A program made the position numbers and the translations under genes. Shown here piece by piece: positions 24,745-32,808 of a stretch of 40,000 nucleotides of DNA (positions are counted from its first letter, which is position 1; each line of letters starts with the position of its first letter). The DNA is taken from the NCBI GenBank assembly GCA_018402565.1, contig JAGYIQ010000003.1, positions 221,746 through 261,745 of the forward strand. Direction: 5' to 3'. Source of the stretch: Pirellulaceae bacterium. GTDB lineage: Bacteria; Planctomycetota; Planctomycetia; Pirellulales; Pirellulaceae. The notes under the pieces were generated by a model, which saw only the letters and a program-made list of their open reading frames with translations, was not told the origin of the DNA and searched no databases.

Positions 24745-27700
24745 ATGCGGGCCTTGGGCGTTACCGTCCATAACCTGAAGTCGATTGACGTGAGCATTCC
24801 CCACGGACAATGGCTGACATTGTGTGGTCGCAGCGGCAGCGGCAAGTCCAGTTTGGCGCTGGAGACCTTGTATGCCGAGGGCCAGCGGCGGTACATCGAG
24901 AGCTTCTCGGCCTACACACGGCAATATTTAAACGCCCAAGAGAAGCCGCAAGCCCGCGAGTTGACCGGCATTCCGCCGTCGATCGCGGTGACTCGCTCCA
25001 GTCGCGGCCTGACGGGCCGCGCCACCGTGGGCTCGAACACGGAGATCTTGGATTACCTGCGCGAGGTATACGCCAAGTTGGCCACGCCCATTTGCCAGAC
25101 CTGTCAGCGGCCGGTGCGACGGGATCGGTCGGTGGACGTCGCCAAGGCCATGGAGCAATTGCCGCCCAGTACTCGAGTCGTGATCGGCTACACCTGGTCG
25201 GGCCCAGCGGGGGCCTGGGAGCAGGTGTCAGCCCACTTGTTGACCAACGGTTTCGCGCGGGTGTCACTGGAGGGACGCGGCCTGAACTTGAGCGACGCTG
25301 CAGGTCTAGCGGTCCGCGAAGCCTCCGCGAGTTGGGAGATCGAGAACGCCGAATTGCCGCTGGCCCTGGCCCTGGAATCGCTGGGGTGGCAATCGGTCCA
25401 CAACCCGACCGTGCCCGAAGTGGCGATCGCCGTCGGGCCCGGGGACGAGGCTGCCGACGACGACGAGACGCAGGTCGACTCCTTCGACTTGCCCCGGAAA
25501 AAACCGGCCGCCAAGCCAGCCAAGGCCCCGGGGAAACCGGCCGTCAAACGGGCCGACAAGCGGACCGTCAAACCGGCCGACAAACCGGCCGCCAAACAGA
25601 CGGGTAAGCGGACGAGCAAATCGGCCAAACCGCGAGTCGCTGGGGCAACGGCAGACAAGCGGCGCATGATTGTCGATGTGATCGTGGACCGCTGGGTAAC
25701 CGGTCAGACCACACGGGAACGGATGATCGAGTCGACTGAAACCGCCCTGGCCCTGGGTGGTCGCGCCTTTGTCTGGGTGCCGGACCCCGCGGCAGAAGCC
25801 GCCCACGCAGCGGCGTCCCGGGAGGACTCGTCAATCACGACTGAGGCCAAAAATAAAAAACAAAAAGAAAGCCACAACCCGGGCGCCGCGTCCCACGCCG
25901 AGGATGCAACAAGTGGGCTGCCCGTCGCCTTGCCTTATCACTGCCTGGATCAGTGGGGCTGGCGTTACCATTTCAGTGACCAATGGCAGTGCGATGGTTG
26001 CAATCAAGTCTTGCCCTTCGCGACTCCCGCGCTGTTCAGTTACAACTCGCCGGTCGGGGCCTGTCCCACCTGCGAGGGATTTGGCAGCGTCTCGCAGTAC
26101 GACATTCGCAAGATCGTGCCGAATACCAGTCTGACGTTGCGGGGAGGCGCGATCGCGCCCTGGACGACCCCGAAGTATTCGAAGAAGTGGCGGAAGATGA
26201 TGCCCAACGCGGCGGCGGCTGGCTTGCCGTTGGATACTCCCTTTGCCGAACTGACACCGGCTCAAGTGGACTTGCTCTGGCAGGGCTCGACCTCGCAGCG
26301 TTTTCCTGGATTGAATGGCTTTTTTCGCTGGATGGAAAAACGCAAGTACAAGATGCACTACCGGATCTTTATGGCGCGGTGGCGATCGTACTTCCAATGC
26401 TCCGACTGCCAGGGACGCCGACTCAACGCCGGGGCGCGGCAGTTCTTTCTGCAGCGACACTCGCTGCCGTCGGCCTGCGAGCTGCCGTTGGAGCAGTTGC
26501 AGGCATGGCTGCAGCAGTTGCCGTTGACCGAGTCCCAGCGACAAGCAGTCCGCACGGTGCTGCCGCAAGTGCTCAGTCGAGTGCAATACCTGATCGACGT
26601 GGGATTGCCGTACGTGACTTTGGATCGGCAATTGAGAACCTTGAGCGGCGGCGAACTGCAACGGACCGCGCTGACCACGGCCCTGGGATCGGCCTTGGTC
26701 AATATTCTCTACGTGTTGGATGAACCCAGTGTCGGCCTGCATCCGCGCGATATCGAACGGTTGACCGCCTCCATTCGTCGCTTGCATCAGGCAGGCAACA
26801 CGGTGATCACAGTAGAACACGAAACGGCCATGTTGGCCGCCGCCGATCGTATCATGGAGATCGGGCCGGGAGCCGGAGCAGAGGGTGGGCGAATTGTCTT
26901 TGATGGCACCTTTGCCGAACTCCAGCGCGACACCGCCTCGCTGACGGCCCGCTACTTGCGCGAACAACCGGCGCCGCGGCCCCGACGGCAACCGAGCGGG
27001 TGGATCGAGCTCCGCGGGGCGCGGGGGCACAACTTGCAAAACCTCGACGTGGCGTTTCCCACCGGCGTGTTGGCCCTGGTGACCGGCGTGAGTGGATCGG
27101 GCAAGAGTTCGCTGGTGCGACAGACCCTGGTGCCCGCGTTGCAAGCTCACTTCGGGGACAAAGCCGACGACCCCCTGCCGTTTGCTGGCTTGAAAGTTCC
27201 GGCGAAAGTGTCCGCCGTCGCCGTGATCGATGGCAGCCCGGTCGGTCGCTCGCCGCGGAGCAACCCCGTGACTTACGTCAAAGCCTTCGATCCCATCCGC
27301 AAGCTGTTCGCCGAGACCGTCACCGCCCAGCAGCAGCGGCTGACGCCGGGCAGCTTCAGCTTCAATGTCCCGGGCGGCCGCTGCGAGAAGTGCGAAGGCG
27401 ATGGCAGCCTGTCGATCGACATGCAATTCCTGCCGGACGTGATCATGACCTGCCCCGAATGTGACGGCCGGCGCTACAAACCTCAGGTCCTGGAGGTCAC
27501 CGTGGGCGGCAAGAACATCGACGAGGTGTTGCAGATGACCGTGCGCGAGGCCTTTCTCTTCTTCCGTCACCAACCGCCCATCCAGCATCGACTCAAGCCG
27601 CTGATCGATGTCGGCCTCGACTACTTAACACTGGGGCAAGGGGCTCCGACCCTGTCCTCGGGCGAATCGCAGCGACTGAAGTTGGCGGCTTTCCTCAGCG

Positions 27701-27984
27701 GCACACGACAGAAGCCGACGCTATTTGTCATGGACGAACCGACCACCGGGCTGCATCCGGCAGACATCGACGTGCTGTGGCAATGCTTCGACGCCCTGTT
27801 GGCGGTCGGGCATTCGCTACTGATTATTGAGCACAATGTGCAATTGATGCGCGCGGCGGACTATTTGATCGACCTGGGGCCGGAGGCGGCCCAGCATGGC
27901 GGCCGGGTGGTCGTGACGGGTACCGCGGCGGACGTGCAGGGTTGCCCGCAGAGCTTGACCGGTAAGTTCCTCAGTGAGGGTTGA
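24745..27984 (+). CDS. uvrA: UvrA-family ABC ATPase (excinuclease ABC subunit A or a paralog) with a Lys/Pro/Ala-rich insertion
   Basis: The sequence shows [53 protein letters not shown], zinc modules (CQTCQ; CDGCN...CPTCEGFG; CEKCEGDG...CPECDG), LSGGELQR...[15 protein letters not shown], a second Walker A ([12 protein letters not shown]), and [12 protein letters not shown]...[15 protein letters not shown]. The start is uncertain (ATG 24745; GTG 24688 and 24607 are in frame upstream). Confidence 0.85.
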   Translation: MRALGVTVHNLKSIDVSIPHGQWLTLCGRSGSGKSSLALETLYAEGQRRYIESFSAYTRQYLNAQEKPQARELTGIPPSIAVTRSSRGLTGRATVGSNTEILDYLREVYAKLATPICQTCQRPVRRDRSVDVAKAMEQLPPSTRVVIGYTWSGPAGAWEQVSAHLLTNGFARVSLEGRGLNLSDAAGLAVREASASWEIENAELPLALALESLGWQSVHNPTVPEVAIAVGPGDEAADDDETQVDSFDLPRKKPAAKPAKAPGKPAVKRADKRTVKPADKPAAKQTGKRTSKSAKPRVAGATADKRRMIVDVIVDRWVTGQTTRERMIESTETALALGGRAFVWVPDPAAEAAHAAASREDSSITTEAKNKKQKESHNPGAASHAEDATSGLPVALPYHCLDQWGWRYHFSDQWQCDGCNQVLPFATPALFSYNSPVGACPTCEGFGSVSQYDIRKIVPNTSLTLRGGAIAPWTTPKYSKKWRKMMPNAAAAGLPLDTPFAELTPAQVDLLWQGSTSQRFPGLNGFFRWMEKRKYKMHYRIFMARWRSYFQCSDCQGRRLNAGARQFFLQRHSLPSACELPLEQLQAWLQQLPLTESQRQAVRTVLPQVLSRVQYLIDVGLPYVTLDRQLRTLSGGELQRTALTTALGSALVNILYVLDEPSVGLHPRDIERLTASIRRLHQAGNTVITVEHETAMLAAADRIMEIGPGAGAEGGRIVFDGTFAELQRDTASLTARYLREQPAPRPRRQPSGWIELRGARGHNLQNLDVAFPTGVLALVTGVSGSGKSSLVRQTLVPALQAHFGDKADDPLPFAGLKVPAKVSAVAVIDGSPVGRSPRSNPVTYVKAFDPIRKLFAETVTAQQQRLTPGSFSFNVPGGRCEKCEGDGSLSIDMQFLPDVIMTCPECDGRRYKPQVLEVTVGGKNIDEVLQMTVREAFLFFRHQPPIQHRLKPLIDVGLDYLTLGQGAPTLSSGESQRLKLAAFLSGTRQKPTLFVMDEPTTGLHPADIDVLWQCFDALLAVGHSLLIIEHNVQLMRAADYLIDLGPEAAQHGGRVVVTGTAADVQGCPQSLTGKFLSEG

Positions 27985-28058
27985 CCTTCTCGGCATTTGT
28001 CAAAGGTCTTAGAATCGGGCCGCGATGGGCCGACACTCATGGGTTGAAAGGTGAAGAC

Positions 28059-28907
28059 ATGACAGCAGCAACAGCGGCCGGAAATTTTGAATCGGGCCTG
28101 TGCCGGGTGGGGTCGGTGGTGATCGGTGCGCAGCAACCGTTGGCTCTGATCGCTGGTCCCTGCGTGATTGAGAGCTGGGAATTGACGCATCAGATCGCTC
28201 AGCAGTTGGTGGACATCTGCGGCCGTCTGGGGGTGTCATTGATCTTTAAGGCGTCTTACGACAAGGCCAATCGGACTTCGGTCGGTGGATATCGTGGGGT
28301 GGGTCAGTCGGCAGGGTTGGAGATTCTGCAGCGGATCGGCCAAGCGTTCCAGGTGCCGGTCACGACGGACGTGCACGAGACGATCCAGGTGCCGGCGGTG
28401 GCGGCGGTCTGTGACCTGTTGCAGATCCCGGCTTTTTTGGCGCGGCAAACGGACTTGTTGCTGGCGGCGGCCGGAACGGGGCGAGCGGTCAACGTCAAAA
28501 AGGGCCAGTTCATGGCGCCGGAGGACATGCAGCACGTCCGCGACAAGCTGGTAGCCGGCGGTTGCCAGGACGTGTTGTTGACCGAGCGAGGGACGTTTTT
28601 TGGGTATGGTCGCTTGGTCAACGACTTGACGGGTTTGGCTGTCATGCGCTCGTTCGCACCGGTCGTGTTTGATGCCACCCACAGTGTGCAGCGGCCGGGC
28701 GGGATGGGGCATGCCACGGGCGGCAATCGCGAGTACGTCGCGCCCTTGGCGCGGGCGGCGGTCGCGTTTGGGGTGGACGCGTTGTTTTTGGAGACCCACC
28801 CGCGGCCCGACGAATCGCCCAGCGATGGGCCGAACATGGTGCCCTTGGACCAGATGGAAGGTCTGCTGCGGCGGCTGTTGGCGGTGCGTCACGCGGCGTC
28901 TGAGTGA
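28059..28907 (+). CDS. kdsA: 3-deoxy-8-phosphooctulonate (KDO-8-P) synthase
   Basis: [12 protein letters not shown]...[14 protein letters not shown]...GLEIL...VPVTTDVHE...[16 protein letters not shown]...[11 protein letters not shown]...LTERG...FDATHSVQ are the canonical KdsA blocks. I prefer ATG 28059; the track TTG start at 27981 would add 26 aa. Confidence 0.9.
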   Translation: MTAATAAGNFESGLCRVGSVVIGAQQPLALIAGPCVIESWELTHQIAQQLVDICGRLGVSLIFKASYDKANRTSVGGYRGVGQSAGLEILQRIGQAFQVPVTTDVHETIQVPAVAAVCDLLQIPAFLARQTDLLLAAAGTGRAVNVKKGQFMAPEDMQHVRDKLVAGGCQDVLLTERGTFFGYGRLVNDLTGLAVMRSFAPVVFDATHSVQRPGGMGHATGGNREYVAPLARAAVAFGVDALFLETHPRPDESPSDGPNMVPLDQMEGLLRRLLAVRHAASE

Positions 28908-29041
28908 ATTCCGTTTCGACAGCGGTCTCGGGCCACTGCTGCCTGATACCGGCTCGTGATGCCGGCTCGTGATGCTGGCTCGTAAGATTGCCTCCTGCCA
29001 ATGACACGTGCGTCGGGGTGGCGGGGTGGCGGGGTGGCGGC

Positions 29042-30082
29042 TTACTCGACCCAGCTTTGGACCAGGAAGTCGGGGCGGGGCGTCCCGAAATGGGCGGTTT
29101 GCCCGGTGGGGCCGTGATGCAGAGTCAGGGTGGCGGGTGCGAACAGTCGCGGGTCGAGTTTGTAGAAGTCGTAGCCGGCTTGGCGAAACAGTTGTAAGAA
29201 CGTCTGACCGTAGCTGGGCGAGTTCTCTGAGATCAGTTGCGGCCCGAGCCTGGACCAGGCCGCCCAATCGCCGTCGACCCACCAATCGACTTGGCCGTGG
29301 TAGATGATGGCGTCGTTGGTCCAGCCGATCGCGGTCAGGCTTTGGCGGGGCACCGGCGGCAGGGGGGCTCGGCCTTGTCCCTGGCGGACCTGTCCCAGGG
29401 GAGCGTGCAGGACCTCGCCCTGATGCAGGGCGGTTTCCAAGGACCGGGCGACGACTTGCAGGGTGCCCGCGGGGCTGGCGGTGCCCGCCACGCACAACAC
29501 CAGTTGTTCGGGGGCGCAGTTGCACTCGGCGGCCATTTGTTCGACCGTGGCGGCGTCGGGCAGTTGATCACTTTCCAAGACGGCCACCCGCGGCGCGGTG
29601 GGCTGCGTTTGCCAGGCGTCGGCGGGGATCTGAAAATGCTGGAACAGGGGTTCGCGGCCGCGGGCCCCGCGGATCGGTCCGGAGACCATGGCGAAGTATT
29701 TGCCGCAGCTCAACGGCCAACCGGCGTATTGAGCGCCCAGACAGGCGGGGAGGGGCTCGGCGGTGCGGACCACGACGTCCCATTGCCACGGGGCGCTCTC
29801 GGCAGCGGGCTCGACTTTCACCTCCAGTCCCCCTCCGCTGGAGACGTTGGCCAGCAATTGTCCGGCGTCGGCGGGGCAGTGGGGGCTGCGAAAGTCTAGG
29901 ACTTCGGCCCCGGCGACCTGCTGCACCTCGATCGACCAAGCCGCGAATTGGGGCCGGGCGGCCTGCAAGGCGGCGGCGGCTTGTTGATTCAAGCGGAGCA
30001 CATCCAGGAGCCCGTTTTCCGGCGATCCGTGCTCCAGCGATCCGGCCTCCGAGTGGCTCTCAGTAGTGGGGTGGTTTTTCAT
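29042..30082 (-). CDS. mch: Methenyltetrahydromethanopterin cyclohydrolase (Mch)
   Basis: These blocks match Mch as I recall it from methylotrophs and archaea: PACLGAQYAGWPL, YFAMVSGPIRG, SPAGTLQVVARSLETALHQ, APLPPVP, AIGWTNDAIIYHGQV and SPSYGQTFLQLFRQAGYDFYKLDPRLFAPA. Confidence 0.8.
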   Translation of the reverse strand: MKNHPTTESHSEAGSLEHGSPENGLLDVLRLNQQAAAALQAARPQFAAWSIEVQQVAGAEVLDFRSPHCPADAGQLLANVSSGGGLEVKVEPAAESAPWQWDVVVRTAEPLPACLGAQYAGWPLSCGKYFAMVSGPIRGARGREPLFQHFQIPADAWQTQPTAPRVAVLESDQLPDAATVEQMAAECNCAPEQLVLCVAGTASPAGTLQVVARSLETALHQGEVLHAPLGQVRQGQGRAPLPPVPRQSLTAIGWTNDAIIYHGQVDWWVDGDWAAWSRLGPQLISENSPSYGQTFLQLFRQAGYDFYKLDPRLFAPATLTLHHGPTGQTAHFGTPRPDFLVQSWVE

Positions 30083-30299
30083 GGGGCAGATTTTCCTCTT
30101 GGCTTTGCAGGCGTTGGTCCAGCAGGCCTTGGCGGCGTTCGGCGACGGCCAGCCGTAGCTGCAGCCGCTCCAGATCTTGTCGCAGGTCGATGATGACTTG
30201 ATTGAGAGTTTCGATCAGCCTTTGGTCGTGGCAAACGGTCTCCTCCAACTGCTGCAGGCGGCGAGACAAGTCATCGAGGGGATCGGGGACCGGATTCAT
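30060..30299 (-). CDS. slyX: SlyX-family coiled-coil protein
   Basis: The 79-aa protein reads LSRRLQQLEETVCHDQRLIETLNQVIIDLRQDLERLQLRLAVAERR, which matches the SlyX pattern (LE..vafQe..ie.LN..v..qq..i..L). Its 3' end overlaps the mch start by 23 nt. Confidence 0.65.
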   Translation of the reverse strand: MNPVPDPLDDLSRRLQQLEETVCHDQRLIETLNQVIIDLRQDLERLQLRLAVAERRQGLLDQRLQSQEENLPHEKPPHY

Positions 30300-30410
30300 G
30301 CGGCGGCGGTGGTGGCTGGAAGCATTGGGGCGGGCAAGACGATCTCGACTTGGTGGTCGGTAAAACGGATCGACGACGCATTCTAGTCCCTTTCGCGATG
30401 GGCCGGCAGG

Positions 30411-30419
30411 TGCTAGAAT
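30411..30419 (+). promoter_or_regulatory. Candidate extended -10 promoter element (TGcTAGAAT) upstream of the SRP RNA
   Basis: tgctagaat matches TGnTAnAAT and lies about 35-50 nt upstream of the SRP RNA helix. The -35 is weak (tttcgc). This is a sequence match only, and planctomycete promoter rules are poorly known. Confidence 0.3.
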
Positions 30420-30452
30420 GGGGAGTTCTCAAAACGTCCGACGTTTTTTGTC

Positions 30453-30585
30453 CCTGGCGCCTGCGACTGCCGAGCAGTGGGCTCCACGAGGGGGAGCCGT
30501 GAACCGGGTCAGGCCTTAACTGGTGCAGCCCTAAGCGGGGTACTCTTGTGTGGAGCCCTCTGGTCGGCAGTCCGGTTGGCCATCA
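30453..30585 (+). ncRNA. ffs: Signal recognition particle RNA (4.5S/SRP RNA, small bacterial type). The ends are approximate.
   Basis: The region forms a long hairpin. The 5' arm at 30465-30487 (gactgccgagcagtgggctccac) pairs with the 3' arm at 30550-30572 (gtggagccctctggtcggcagtc) at 21 of 23 positions. The apex, ccgggucaggcc-uuaacu-ggugcagcccuaagcgg, parallels E. coli 4.5S domain IV, ccaggucaggucc-ggaa-ggaagcagccaaggcag. It lies directly upstream of dnaX, the classic ffs-dnaX synteny. Confidence 0.7.
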
Positions 30586-30737
30586 AGCCCCTGGGTTAAT
30601 GGCCCCCGGGTTACTGGGTCCCGGGTTATTTGACTTGGGGTTCTTTGGCCCTGGGTGGTTAGTGGGTCGTCGGGCGGGCGGAGTGAGATCACAGTCGCTT
30701 GTCGCAAGGAGCTGTATTGGTGGCCGAGCAAGCCGGT

Positions 30738-32414
30738 ATGGCGGATCAATTTGGCGACAAGCGGGATGGGGCGGAAGCGGCCGATCCCTACGTGGTGGTT
30801 GCGCGGCGGTATCGGCCGCAGTCGTTTGAGCAACTGGTGGGTCAAAATCAGGTATCGCGGGCCTTGGGCAACGCGATTGAGACCCAGCGAGTCGGGCATG
30901 CTTATTTGTTCACTGGAGCGCGTGGGGTGGGCAAGACCTCCACGGCTCGAATCTTTTCTAAGTGCTTGAATTGCGAGACGGGGCCGACGACCCAACCCTG
31001 CGATCGCTGTGATGCGTGCCAAGCCATTTCTCTGGGCGAGGACGTCGACGTGTTGGAGATCGACGGCGCCAGCAATCGGGGGATCGACGAGATCCGTCAG
31101 TTGCGTTCCTTTGCCAGCGTGCGGCCCAGTCGCTCGCGGCACAAGATCTACATCATCGACGAAGTTCACATGTTGACCAAAGAGGCCTTCAACGCCTTGT
31201 TGAAGACCTTGGAGGAGCCGCCGCCGCACGTCAAGTTTATTTTTTGTACAACGAATCCAGAAAAGATTCCGATTACGGTTCTCAGCCGTTGCCAGCGGTT
31301 CGATTTTGCCCCGGTGGTGGCGGACGAAATCAAGGATCGCTTGAAGTTTATTGTCGACGCGGAGGGGGCCGAGGCGGAAGATGACGCGTTGACCTTGCTG
31401 GCACGGCGAGCGGGCGGCTCGATGCGTGACAGTCAATCGCTGTTGGAGCAATTGCTGGCTTTTGCGTCGGGCAAGATCACCGTGCAGTCGGTGCACCAAA
31501 TGCTGGGTACGGCACCGGGCGGCCGGGTTGAGACCTTGGTCCAAGCGATCGCCAATTCGGATGCCGGCGCGGCTTTGGAAGAGATTCACAATTCCATTCG
31601 CGAGGGGGCGGATGTCGGGCAGGTACTGGAACAATTGTCGGGCCATGTGCGGGACTTGATGGTCTTGAGTGTTGGCGGCAGCCCCGAGACATTGCTGCAA
31701 TTGGGTCCGGGAGACGTCGCGCAGGGACAGGTCTTGGCCCAGCAGATGGGGACGGCTCGCTTGTTGGCCACGTTGCAAGTTTTTGACTGGGCTTTGGCGC
31801 GGATGCGACAGAGTACTCAGATTCGTTGCTTGCTGGAGATTGCCGTGGTGCAGGCCTGTGGATTGGCCGCGCTGTCTTCGCTGGCGTCAGCCATCGACAC
31901 GGTGGGGCGTTTGACGGCGGGAGCGGGCAGCGGTCCGGCGGCGCCCCCCAGCCGATTGTCGCTCGGGCCGACCGCGGGAGCGGACGCCCAGGAAAAAAAA
32001 AACGAACCGATAGCTAGTACTGGGGTTACTCGAGAGCCCGAGCCCTCTCGGCTGGCGACCTCCTTCCATTCTACTGCGCCCAACGGACCCTCCGAGTCGG
32101 AATCAAAGTCGGCTCAGTCCGTCGGGCACCCGTCGGCGGGACCGGACCTGCCCGAGGCCGGCGGTGGGTCTAGTATCCCTCCGGTTGGCTTGTCGCCGGT
32201 CGTGGCGAGTGCACAGGTTTTCGCCCCGGTCATCGCCCCGGCGCCCAACTTGTCAGCAGTGGCTGCCGAAGCGGGGCTGGGTTCTGCGCCGGCCGCGGGG
32301 CTGGGTTCTGCGCCGGCCGCGGGGCTGGGCCCTGCAGCTGGCCGCGGGGCTGGGTTCTACGCTGGCCGCGGGGCTGGGTTCGGAGTTGGGTCAGGCGCCG
32401 CCGGGTGGCGGTGA
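30738..32414 (+). CDS. dnaX: DNA polymerase III subunit gamma/tau (frame-0 product)
   Basis: The sequence shows ARRYRPQSFEQLVGQNQVSRALGNAIETQRVGHAYLFTGARGVGKTSTARIFSKCLNC (Walker A), the zinc module CxxCxxC, YIIDEVHMLT (Walker B) and VLSRCQRFDF (SRC motif). Start candidates are ATG 30738, GTG 30720 (with aaggag 9 nt upstream) and TTG 30699. The A10 run and the frame break are covered in the findings. Confidence 0.9.
   Translation: MADQFGDKRDGAEAADPYVVVARRYRPQSFEQLVGQNQVSRALGNAIETQRVGHAYLFTGARGVGKTSTARIFSKCLNCETGPTTQPCDRCDACQAISLGEDVDVLEIDGASNRGIDEIRQLRSFASVRPSRSRHKIYIIDEVHMLTKEAFNALLKTLEEPPPHVKFIFCTTNPEKIPITVLSRCQRFDFAPVVADEIKDRLKFIVDAEGAEAEDDALTLLARRAGGSMRDSQSLLEQLLAFASGKITVQSVHQMLGTAPGGRVETLVQAIANSDAGAALEEIHNSIREGADVGQVLEQLSGHVRDLMVLSVGGSPETLLQLGPGDVAQGQVLAQQMGTARLLATLQVFDWALARMRQSTQIRCLLEIAVVQACGLAALSSLASAIDTVGRLTAGAGSGPAAPPSRLSLGPTAGADAQEKKNEPIASTGVTREPEPSRLATSFHSTAPNGPSESESKSAQSVGHPSAGPDLPEAGGGSSIPPVGLSPVVASAQVFAPVIAPAPNLSAVAAEAGLGSAPAAGLGSAPAAGLGPAAGRGAGFYAGRGAGFGVGSGAAGWR
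32268..32388. repeat. 24-bp tandem repeat x5 in the dnaX 3' region (AAGLGSxx); the third unit is 25 nt
   Basis: Units start at 32268, 32292, 32316, 32341 and 32365 (gccgcggggctgggttctgcgccg and variants). Unit 3 is gccgcggggctgggccctgcagctg, which is 25 nt. Confidence 0.85.
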
Positions 32415-32808
32415 ATCTTTGCTTGATCAGTATCGGGCGGCGTTTCAGTCGATCGACGGCATGATTCGGGACTTGGCCACGAGCTGTGTGGCGGTGGAGC
32501 CTGTCACCCCGAATCACTGGCGGGTATTGATGGAGAACGAGTATTTAGCGGAGCTTTGCCAGCGTCAGGATCGGCGTCAACAGATTGAAGGGGCGGTGGA
32601 GGCGACGGTGGGTCGGCGAATTCGCATCGATTTCGGCTATCGCGCGGAGGCTCAACCGCATGGTGGCTTGGTGGCGAAACCCACCAGCAAGACGCAGGCT
32701 TTGCGGGACCTGCAGGAGCTGCCATTTGTGGCCAAACTCAACACCATTTATAGCGCAGAGTGGGTGGAACTGCTACCGGCTCGGCCGCGAAAAAAGGCTG
32801 ACCACTAG
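32341..32808 (+). CDS. DnaX C-terminal region encoded in the +1 frame relative to dnaX. It is either a separate ORF, a frameshifted continuation, or a sequencing indel.
   Basis: This is part of track ORF 32164..32808. From 32341 this frame continues the AAGLGS repeat and then encodes a non-repetitive 130-aa domain (SLLDQYRAAFQSIDGMIRDLATSCVAVEPVTPNHWRVLMENEYLAELCQRQDRRQQIEGAVEATVGRRIRIDFGY...). Upstream of 32341 the same frame reads as Arg-rich nonsense. Confidence 0.55.
   Translation, partial: AAGLGSTLAAGLGSELGQAPPGGGESLLDQYRAAFQSIDGMIRDLATSCVAVEPVTPNHWRVLMENEYLAELCQRQDRRQQIEGAVEATVGRRIRIDFGYRAEAQPHGGLVAKPTSKTQALRDLQELPFVAKLNTIYSAEWVELLPARPRKKADH

Noticed and set aside
25831-27588. 585-aa minus-strand ORF
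   Set aside because: It is an antisense shadow of the uvrA-like gene with no motifs. The same reasoning applies to 18726..19823 (antisense to EF-G), 30531..31778 (antisense to dnaX), 14774..16030, 15556..16548, 16581..17420 and 20455..21318.
27981-28058. TTG start for kdsA overlapping the uvrA stop (TTGA)
   Set aside because: It would add 26 residues with no counterpart in KdsA N-termini. ATG 28059, with a purine-rich stretch upstream, gives a normal-length protein. I keep the TTG start only as an alternative.
28236-29525. 429-aa minus-strand ORF spanning kdsA and mch
   Set aside because: It crosses two well-supported genes on different strands and the intergenic gap between them. The translation is Arg/Pro-rich low complexity.
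30431-30450. Hairpin plus T-run (aaaacg-tccga-cgtttttt) as an intrinsic terminator
   Set aside because: The stem is only 6 bp and AU-rich, and no upstream gene on either strand needs termination here. It is mentioned only as a possible 5' part of the SRP RNA transcript.
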